NCBI GenBank assembly: GCA_947449135.1
Contig: CANFQO010000002.1
Coordinates: 86,045-150,044 of the forward strand
Direction: 5' to 3'
DNA length: 64,000 bases
Source of the DNA: Planctomycetaceae bacterium
GTDB taxonomy: Bacteria; Planctomycetota; Planctomycetia; Pirellulales; UBA1268
A program made the position numbers and the translations under genes. The notes under the pieces were generated by a model. It was not told where the DNA came from and ran no database searches. It saw only the letters and a list, made by a program, of their open reading frames with translations. Below, piece by piece: positions 57,404-64,000 of the stretch; position 1 is the stretch's first letter; each line of letters starts with the position of its first letter.

Positions 57404-58519
57404 TCATGGGTTCAGAATCGCCCGTACTGCTGTCGGATCGATTCCAGCGACCAGTTCCACGTGGCCGATGCGCGTGGGGAGTACGAATCGGAGTCTGCCG
57501 CCGACGGTTTTCTTGTCACGGGCCATGATGTCGAGCAGCGAGTCGGCCGCGAAGCCGGGCCCGGAAGGCACAGCCACCGGCAGGTCGAATGCCTGCAGGA
57601 GACGTCGCTGCCGGGTGTCTGTTTCGGGGCCGATCCGCCCGAGCGCGCGAGCGAGTGCGGCAGCCGAAACCATCCCGATGGCGACGGCCTCGCCATGGAG
57701 GAGCGTGCCGTAGCCTGCGGCTGTTTCATAGGCATGGGCGAACGTGTGCCCATAGTTGAGGATCGCCCGGAGACCGGAAATCTCACGTTCGTCCCGTTCC
57801 ACAACGCCGGCCTTGAGCGCGGCGGAGCGGCTGACCACATGCCCGAGCGTCGCGGAATCCCGGGCTAGGATCGCTTGAGAGTTGGCTTCGAGCCAGTCGA
57901 AAAAACCGGCGTCGAGGATCATTCCGTATTTCACCACTTCGGCCAGTCCGCTCTTGAATTCACGGTCGGGCAGGGTGGCCAGCGTGGTGACATCGGCGAT
58001 CACGCCGCTGGGCTGCCAGAAGCTGCCAACGAGATTTTTCCCCGCGACGAGATTGATGCCTGTCTTGCCTCCGATCGCGCTATCGACCTGCGCAACGAGC
58101 GTGGTTGGCACGTGCCAGACGGGCAGTCCGCGGCCGAAGGTGGCAGCGGCGAAGCCCGACAGATCGCCCACCACTCCGCCACCCACGCCGACGACATGCG
58201 TGTGGCGATCGACCGCAAGGCCGGCCATCTCGTTCCAGAGTCGCGCCAATGCGTCGACCGACTTCGTGCCCTCGCCCGATGGCACGGTGATGGTGGCAAC
58301 GTCGACGCCGACGGCCTGCAGCGAGGCGACCGTGGCCGCCGCGTGGGAACTGGCCACGGCGGCATCCGTGATGACGACGACTCGCCCCGCGCCGGCCGCT
58401 GCGACTGCCGGACCGATCGAGCCGAGCACTCCGCTCCCGACGACGATGTCGTAGGAACGATCGGCCGGGGAGGCGTCCGCCGGCAAATGGACGCGAATGG
58501 TGATGGTGTCGTTCAACAC
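57404..58519 (-). CDS. aroB: 3-dehydroquinate synthase
   Basis: GGGVVGDLSGFAAATFGRG, a metal-binding HGEAVAIG/His context, and 371 aa of typical AroB layout. Confidence 0.9.
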   Translation of the reverse strand: MLNDTITIRVHLPADASPADRSYDIVVGSGVLGSIGPAVAAAGAGRVVVITDAAVASSHAAATVASLQAVGVDVATITVPSGEGTKSVDALARLWNEMAGLAVDRHTHVVGVGGGVVGDLSGFAAATFGRGLPVWHVPTTLVAQVDSAIGGKTGINLVAGKNLVGSFWQPSGVIADVTTLATLPDREFKSGLAEVVKYGMILDAGFFDWLEANSQAILARDSATLGHVVSRSAALKAGVVERDEREISGLRAILNYGHTFAHAYETAAGYGTLLHGEAVAIGMVSAAALARALGRIGPETDTRQRRLLQAFDLPVAVPSGPGFAADSLLDIMARDKKTVGGRLRFVLPTRIGHVELVAGIDPTAVRAILNP

Positions 58520-58538
58520 AAGTGAGGCTGGAAGCGGG

Positions 58539-58766
58539 TCAGGCCACGCTCACGCGGTCGAGGTCGGCGGGAGTAACGGTGATCACCCGGGCGAAGCCGG
58601 TGTGCTGCCGATGATAGTCGAGTTCTGCAGCCTCCTGCGGGGCGGCATGCAGCAGCGTTTCGACGCGAGACTTGTCTCCTTCCGACCAATCTTCGTAGTC
58701 GCTTGGCCAGACCGTGTGGTTTTCGACGACGAGGGCTTCGCGATAGGGATCAAACGCGTTTGGCAT
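58539..58766 (-). CDS. Small hypothetical protein (75 aa) upstream of aroB
   Basis: The codon pattern looks coding (GC-rich third positions). The gene sits 19 nt upstream of aroB on the same strand. No recognisable motif. Confidence 0.5.
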   Translation of the reverse strand: MPNAFDPYREALVVENHTVWPSDYEDWSEGDKSRVETLLHAAPQEAAELDYHRQHTGFARVITVTPADLDRVSVA

Positions 58767-58864
58767 GCGCGGCGACTCCAGATGGACGGCTTGGCAGCGG
58801 TGAGGGACAGACGAAACGGACAGACTTTTCTACCCGGGGATTGCGAGTATACAGTGCAGCGGCG

Positions 58865-59503
58865 ATGGGTGCGGCCAGCCCGAGAGTCGGCCAAAAAGGA
58901 GCCGGCTCAATGTCCCGATCATCAGACTCCCGAGACGCCGTCAGGAACGCCGCCGGCACCCCGCCAGGAACCTGGTTGGTGACTGGACTGCTCTTGATGG
59001 GAGTGGCGGCGGCGGTCACCGGCGTCTGGTTTCAGCGGCAGCAGACCCGACGGTGCCTGGAGTTCTACGGTGCTCCCGCGGCACGGCTGATTGCCTCAGC
59101 GCCCACGGTCGAGTTGCTGCTGGTTCGGCCGGGGGCGGGGCCGGGCCGATTGGCAGCCCAGACACGGATCGACGTCTCGAAAGCCCCAGGACTCGTTCAC
59201 CTCCGTCGCGGGCTTGTGGAGGATGCCAATTTTGACTGGCTGGCCGACCGAACGAGCCCGTCTGCGGCGTCCCAGACTCGATTACCAGCCGAGGCATGGG
59301 ACGTGGCGCTCGTCTTCACTGAGGCTGGCGGGGCCGATTCGGCAATGCAGCCACGCGGCACTGGCCAAACCACACTCGCCATCGACTTCGACCCAGCGGG
59401 CGGTTGCCTCGCGATGGTTGGGCAGCCCGGGCGAATTGGGCTGGGGCGCATCGGTCCCGGCTTGGAAAAGTGGATTCAGGCCACGCTTTCGGCGGCCAGA
59501 TAG
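58865..59503 (+). CDS. Membrane-anchored hypothetical protein
   Basis: One TM (WLVTGLLLMGVAAAVTGVWF) after a short polar N-terminus. The start is ambiguous (ATG 58865 or 58910). ORF-track start 58703 overlaps the divergent small gene. Confidence 0.4.
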   Translation: MGAASPRVGQKGAGSMSRSSDSRDAVRNAAGTPPGTWLVTGLLLMGVAAAVTGVWFQRQQTRRCLEFYGAPAARLIASAPTVELLLVRPGAGPGRLAAQTRIDVSKAPGLVHLRRGLVEDANFDWLADRTSPSAASQTRLPAEAWDVALVFTEAGGADSAMQPRGTGQTTLAIDFDPAGGCLAMVGQPGRIGLGRIGPGLEKWIQATLSAAR

Positions 59504-59609
59504 GGATTCGCTCCGCTCAAAATCGGGCTTTTTCGCGGTGGGTGCCGACCCCTATGCTCCCCGCCCGTCCGTGGAACTACCCGCGGACGTTACGGTACCG
59601 AGGTGTTGC

Positions 59610-60458
59610 ATGCGATCCATAGCCGTGGCCAATCAAAAGGGTGGCGTTGGCAAGACGACCACCTCCGTGAACCTCGCCGTGGCACTGGCCCGAGCGGGCC
59701 GGCGGGTCTGCCTCGTCGATCTCGATCCCCAGGCACATGCCACGCTGCACGCGGGCGTATTGCCCGGATCGCACCCACTCTCGGCGTTTGACGTGCTCGT
59801 CGAGGGCCACCCGCTTGCGGCGGCGACGGTGGCTGCCGGTGACAATCTCTGCGTGGTGCCCTCCCACATCGATCTTTCGGCGGTCGAAATGGCGCTTGCG
59901 GCCCGCAGCGGCCGAGAGCTGATCCTTCGCCAGCGGATAGAGGCAGACCCGCGATGCAATCCCACGCCAACCACTCGTGAGCCGTTTGATTACATGGTGA
60001 TCGACTGCCCTCCATCACTGGGGCTCCTGTCGCTCAACGCCATGGCCGCGGTGGACGAAGTGCTGCTGCCACTGCAGCCTCATTTTCTCGCGTTGCACGG
60101 CCTGAGCAAACTCCTGGAGACCATCGAACTGGTCGCCGAACACGTGAATCCCAGGCTGCGGCTGTTGGGAGTGGTGCTCTGCATGTATGAGGCTGGCACA
60201 CGCCTGGCCTCGGAGGTTGGCCGTGACGTGCAGTCATTCTTCGCGTCATCCGGGGCCAAGCATCCCGCGTGGGGCTCGGCTCGGGTGTTTGAGACACGGG
60301 TTCGCCGCAACATCCGTCTGGCCGAGGCTCCCAGTTTCGGGCAGTCGATCTTCGACTATGCCCCCGAATCGCACGGTGCCGCTGACTATGCAGCCCTTGC
60401 CGCCGAGGTCGATCAGGCGGCTGCTGGACTTCTCGAGCCTGCCCGTCGGGTGGCCTGA
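59610..60458 (+). CDS. parA: ParA/Soj-family ATPase
   Basis: Deviant Walker A ANQKGGVGKTTT, DLDPQ and IDCPPSLG. ATG 59610; ORF-track start 59091 is rejected. No parB is adjacent. Confidence 0.85.
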   Translation: MRSIAVANQKGGVGKTTTSVNLAVALARAGRRVCLVDLDPQAHATLHAGVLPGSHPLSAFDVLVEGHPLAAATVAAGDNLCVVPSHIDLSAVEMALAARSGRELILRQRIEADPRCNPTPTTREPFDYMVIDCPPSLGLLSLNAMAAVDEVLLPLQPHFLALHGLSKLLETIELVAEHVNPRLRLLGVVLCMYEAGTRLASEVGRDVQSFFASSGAKHPAWGSARVFETRVRRNIRLAEAPSFGQSIFDYAPESHGAADYAALAAEVDQAAAGLLEPARRVA

Positions 60459-60772
60459 CCGGCCCGCAGCAGTCGCTCGGCGAGTCCCGATCGACGAACG
60501 CCGCCGGCGTCCTGGTTTGTCTCTGCGGCGGCAGACTCTCCGCCATGTGTGGCCATGACGGCTTCGGCGGAGTCGGTCAGTGATGTGAAGAGTTCCGGCA
60601 TCCACCAGTAACGGGACTCATAGGGATCGACCCCCGCTAGAATGCCCGTGGCGTCAAAGTCTTCCGGTGACGCAAACAGCCCGCTGCAACCGGCGGCAAG
60701 ACTGTCGCCCCAGCCCGTCGTCGGCGACGGAGAGGATGGGCGGGGAGGCTGCAGACGGTTCCGTTCCAGCAT
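60413..60772 (-). CDS. Questionable small ORF (119 aa), unknown function
   Basis: This is the C-terminal part of the 216-codon minus-strand ORF. The segment GILAGVDPYESRYWWMPELFTSLTDSAEAV looks protein-like, and third-position GC is moderate. It overlaps the parA 3' end by 46 nt. No motif, so the call is weak. Confidence 0.2.
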   Translation of the reverse strand: MLERNRLQPPRPSSPSPTTGWGDSLAAGCSGLFASPEDFDATGILAGVDPYESRYWWMPELFTSLTDSAEAVMATHGGESAAAETNQDAGGVRRSGLAERLLRAGQATRRAGSRSPAAA

Positions 60773-61069
60773 GGTCGTGTCAGATGCCGAAAGGCGTGAG
60801 AGGGAGGATGATGGGGATGCCAGGGGACAGCACAGTGCCGCCGGAGTGTCTTTCGGAAACCTCCCGCAGCGTAGGCCAATATTCCGCTGCCTCTTCGGTT
60901 TTTGTCGTCCAGGAGGAGCGCCGTCGGAGATCTCGCACATTGAGATTCTGCTTTGCGAAGTTCTGGAAGGCAAGCGACTTTGGGGTGTTTGGGTAGTTTT
61001 TGTCGAATGCGGGCCCTCGAAGCCTGTTTTCGATAGGATTTTAAAAGGATTTGGCGGGGGCAAGCGGCC

Positions 61070-62824
61070 ATGGGTGTCATGAAAATGCTGCGGAAAAACA
61101 TGATTTGCCCGGTCGTGGCCCGCTGGGGTGTGGCTGGCGCACTGGCACTTGGAGCGGCCGCTGGGCTGCTAACGGCGGATCATCGAGGGACGCCAGCGTC
61201 AGCGGCCGAACCCGCACCCGTCCGGAAAAACGGCTTTCGCCGACTGGCTCCTGGGGCGTTGACGGTGATCCCCCCCCGCGCAAGTAGCGATTCCCATGCA
61301 CTCCGCGGCGAGTTGTATGAGGTGACCCGCGATCCCGAGGCTCAGGTCTGGACGCCCAAGCAGGCCTCGTCGCATACCACCCTCGTTGAACAGGCGAAAA
61401 CCCTTGAGTTCCAGCGGGATATCTGGTGCCTGGAATTCGCCTTCAAACCGCCGCGGTTGATTGACGTGGACGTGCCGGCTTCCGAAAGCCGCCTGCAGCG
61501 AAAGCGGATGTGGTATCTCGTCTACAGGGTGCGGAACACTGGCGGTCGGCGGACCGTTATCGACAAGGACGATCCCACCAAGCGAACCATCGAATCGTTC
61601 GAGACGCCCGTACGTTTCCTGCCGCAATTCGTGCTGGAGAGCCGGGAGGGTTTGACCGAGTCGGAAGGGGAGACTGCGTATCGCAGTTACCTCGACCGCG
61701 TTATTCCCAATGCCATGGGGCCGATCCGGCGTCGTGAGGATCCAGCGAGGGAACTGTTTGACAGTGCCAGCATGGCCGCCAGCGACATTCCCCCCGGCGG
61801 CGAGCGGTGGGGGGTCGCTGTCTGGGAGGATGTCGACCCGCGAATCAACTTTTTCACCGTCTCCGTCCGCGGGCTTACAAACGCGATCCGCTGGCGGCCG
61901 CAGGCAGGGGCTACGTTTGCGCGGAATCTGCCGCCAGCTGCCGAAATGGAGCACGCAGCCGAGGCCCTACAACTCGACTTCTGGAGGCCGGGCGACGATC
62001 GCGATGAGATCGACCAGGAGATGCATGTCGGCTACGCCGGCATGCTCGAGCGGATGACGCTGGGCGGGAAGTTGCTGGAGGCGTTGGGTCGGCCGCAGAC
62101 CGTCAAGTCGCGGCCCGTGGCGGGGCTGGCAGACCTTGGCCTGTCGTGGGCCGATCTGGTCGTGCCGGAAGCGAAGGGGGGGGGCGTGGATCGCGGTGGC
62201 GACCTTATCCCGCTGGCAAAGGTCGTGCTGGCGGCGGCCGCCATTCCGGAACCGACCTCCCGTGGCCCGCTGGTGCGGGCCGTGTTTGGCGATCTGGGGG
62301 TGGAGCATTTCGAGGAGTTGTCGCGGGCGCTCGCGGCGCCGGTCGATGCGGACCGCGATGCCGCTCGTCGGCAGGCCTTGGCAACGATCGGCCTCACGCC
62401 CGAAGCCGTGGAGCAGAAGCCCCTCGAGTCGCTTGCCAAGGTATTTCAGGCACTCGCCCAGGCCCCGGCTGGCGAAAGGCAGAGGCGTTCAGAGGCCTTT
62501 TTTGGTCCTGCCGCACCGCGGGTGGTGAGCCTGAGCCGGGAACTCTCCATGGCCCGGACGCTTTCTGCGCTTGAGGATGTCGATGTCAACCGGCAGCGGC
62601 TCCTGGGGAGCGACGGTCTCGCGGCCTTTGACGTGATCAGGGAGGCAATCCTGGCAAAGAAAGACCTCGGGGAGCGGCAGCGGCTCGTTGCCGGCTTGTT
62701 CGGGCCGAGAGGCCCGGCTCTTTATGGCCGGGCGACGGAAGTGATCGAGGATGGCAAGGCCACGGAACTGACCGAGGGCATTGACCACGCCTGGGTTTTC
62801 CAGTACGAAATTGAAGAAGAGTAG
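61070..62824 (+). CDS. Secreted/anchored hypothetical protein (584 aa)
   Basis: N-terminal signal/anchor ([19 protein letters not shown]), then a beta-rich region ([19 protein letters not shown] ... [13 protein letters not shown]) and an alpha-rich C-terminal half. Long ORF with a coding-like codon pattern. No family recognised. Confidence 0.6.
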   Translation: MGVMKMLRKNMICPVVARWGVAGALALGAAAGLLTADHRGTPASAAEPAPVRKNGFRRLAPGALTVIPPRASSDSHALRGELYEVTRDPEAQVWTPKQASSHTTLVEQAKTLEFQRDIWCLEFAFKPPRLIDVDVPASESRLQRKRMWYLVYRVRNTGGRRTVIDKDDPTKRTIESFETPVRFLPQFVLESREGLTESEGETAYRSYLDRVIPNAMGPIRRREDPARELFDSASMAASDIPPGGERWGVAVWEDVDPRINFFTVSVRGLTNAIRWRPQAGATFARNLPPAAEMEHAAEALQLDFWRPGDDRDEIDQEMHVGYAGMLERMTLGGKLLEALGRPQTVKSRPVAGLADLGLSWADLVVPEAKGGGVDRGGDLIPLAKVVLAAAAIPEPTSRGPLVRAVFGDLGVEHFEELSRALAAPVDADRDAARRQALATIGLTPEAVEQKPLESLAKVFQALAQAPAGERQRRSEAFFGPAAPRVVSLSRELSMARTLSALEDVDVNRQRLLGSDGLAAFDVIREAILAKKDLGERQRLVAGLFGPRGPALYGRATEVIEDGKATELTEGIDHAWVFQYEIEEE

Positions 62825-62942
62825 ACCTGCCGGCGGTCCAGCAACCAGCCTGCCAGGTGCCTCTTCACACCCCTTCCGATCACACACTGGTCACACACCG
62901 GACCACTCACTGGAGGAGCGCCGCCACGGCGCAGGAAAAAAC

Positions 62943-63188
62943 ATGGCACATAAAAAAGGTCAGGGTTCCAGCCGCAACGGCCGCGATTCCAATGCTCAGC
63001 GAAGGGGCGTGAAGAAGTTCGGTGGCCAGCAGGTGCGGGCGGGCAATATCCTTGTTCGGCAGGTCGGCTCGAAGTTCCATGCGGGCAAAAATGTCGGCAC
63101 TGGCAGTGACTTCACGCTCTTTGCGCTGGTCGACGGCGTCGTCGGTTTCGACCGTGAGGGCCGGCGCATCAACGTGCTCGTTGGCTGA
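62943..63188 (+). CDS. rpmA: 50S ribosomal protein L27
   Basis: [52 protein letters not shown] is a canonical L27 sequence. ATG 62943; ORF-track start 62781 is rejected. Confidence 0.95.
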   Translation: MAHKKGQGSSRNGRDSNAQRRGVKKFGGQQVRAGNILVRQVGSKFHAGKNVGTGSDFTLFALVDGVVGFDREGRRINVLVG

Positions 63189-63190
63189 GA

Positions 63191-64000
63191 GTGTTTGTAG
63201 ACCGCGTGCAATTTGAAGTGGCGGCAGGCAACGGCGGACGCGGTTGCAAGAGCTTTCGTAGAGAGAAATACATCCCTCTCGGCGGCCCCGACGGCGGCAA
63301 CGGAGGCGACGGTGGCAGTGTGATCATGCGGGCGCAGGCGGGCGTTGATTCCCTGGCGCCGCTCGCCCATCGTCAGCAGTGGCGGGCCTCCAGCGGCGAG
63401 TCTGGGAGCCCCAAGAATTGCCACGGCCGTATGGCTGAGGACCTGGTGCTGCTCGTTCCGCCTGGCACGGTCGTGATCGACGAGGCCACGGGGCTCGTGC
63501 TCAAGGACCTCGCCGTTCCGGGAGAAGCGATCGTGGTCGCGAAGGGCGGAGCAGGGGGGTGGGGCAATCTCCACTTCAAGTCGTCCACCAATCGCGCTCC
63601 GCGTGAGACCACGCCGGGAGAGAAGGGCGAGGTCCGCCGCCTCCGCCTGGAATTAAAGGTAATCGCCGACGTTGGTCTCGTGGGCAAGCCAAATGCCGGA
63701 AAGAGCACGCTTCTCTCGCGACTCTCCCGGGCCCGACCCGAGATCGCCGACTATGCGTTCACCACCAAGAAACCGATGCTTGGGATCGTGGCAGTGTCGC
63801 GGGATCACAGTTTTGTGCTGGCTGATCTCCCGGGACTCATCGAAGGCGCGCATGCGGGAATCGGGCTGGGGCACGAGTTTCTGCGGCATGTGGAGCGGGC
63901 CGGAATTTTGGTGCACGTGGTCGAACCGGTGCCTGTCGATGGCAGCGATCCGCTCACGAATTATCGTGCCATCCGGATGGAGTTGGTTCGCTACGACGAA
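63191..64000 (+). CDS. obg: GTPase Obg/CgtA, 3' end cut by window edge
   Basis: Not in the ORF track because it runs off the window. GTG 63191 opens [44 protein letters not shown] (Obg fold), then G1 GKPNAGKST and G3 DLPG. The start is 2 nt after the rpmA stop. Confidence 0.9.
   Translation, partial: MFVDRVQFEVAAGNGGRGCKSFRREKYIPLGGPDGGNGGDGGSVIMRAQAGVDSLAPLAHRQQWRASSGESGSPKNCHGRMAEDLVLLVPPGTVVIDEATGLVLKDLAVPGEAIVVAKGGAGGWGNLHFKSSTNRAPRETTPGEKGEVRRLRLELKVIADVGLVGKPNAGKSTLLSRLSRARPEIADYAFTTKKPMLGIVAVSRDHSFVLADLPGLIEGAHAGIGLGHEFLRHVERAGILVHVVEPVPVDGSDPLTNYRAIRMELVRYDE

Noticed and set aside
60637-61101. 154-aa minus-strand ORF and 146-aa plus-strand ORF (60642..61082) in the parA-downstream gap
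   Set aside because: They are mutually overlapping and the translations are dominated by Arg/Pro/Ser/Cys with no hydrophobic core or motif. The minus-strand ORF would also run into the start of the 61070 gene. They are kept only as part of the unassigned-region finding.

Overview
GC-rich (roughly two-thirds G+C by eye, not computed), gene-dense chromosomal segment with about 50 protein-coding genes. I recognise no rRNA, tRNA, CRISPR array, transposase, integrase or phage gene. The gene content suggests a Planctomycetota (Pirellulales-like) genome, by inference only: a DUF1559/H-X9-DG-like pseudopilin domain, a DUF1570-like HExxH protein, a PEGA lipoprotein, a very large LptD-like protein, Ser/Thr kinase and PP2C signalling, and an ECF sigma factor. 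Most genes are housekeeping: dgoD (partial), a GldA/F/G-type ABC system, a desaturase plus fabH, pepF, pepA, an MMPL/RND transporter, lptD-like, an NCS2-like permease, an ECF sigma/anti-sigma pair, tkt, lptF/G, PP2C, a PaaK-like ligase, ahpD, carB, rlmKL, livKHMGF, recQ, a DevCAB-like exporter, pilT, an STK, aroB, parA and rpmA-obg (partial). The most unusual signal is non-coding. (1) A structured intergenic repeat of about 140-230 bp occurs four times; it has 13-nt terminal inverted repeats, an asymmetric conserved core and a compensatory base-pair change between copies. (2) A second small family is a conserved ACCCGGAGT-hairpin-CTTYTT terminator module, also present four times. Coding-level oddities are a LivG ATPase with a ~180-aa insertion holding two hydrophobic segments, an anti-sigma factor whose membrane and outer part resembles a DUF1559 pseudopilin, a putative operon joining a polytopic Ser/Thr kinase to an orphan PilT ATPase, and a DevC-DevA | repeat | DevB exporter followed by a PAP2-like protein with a degenerate motif. 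I found no clearly novel multi-gene system. All coordinates were indexed by hand, and family names come from remembered motifs rather than searches.
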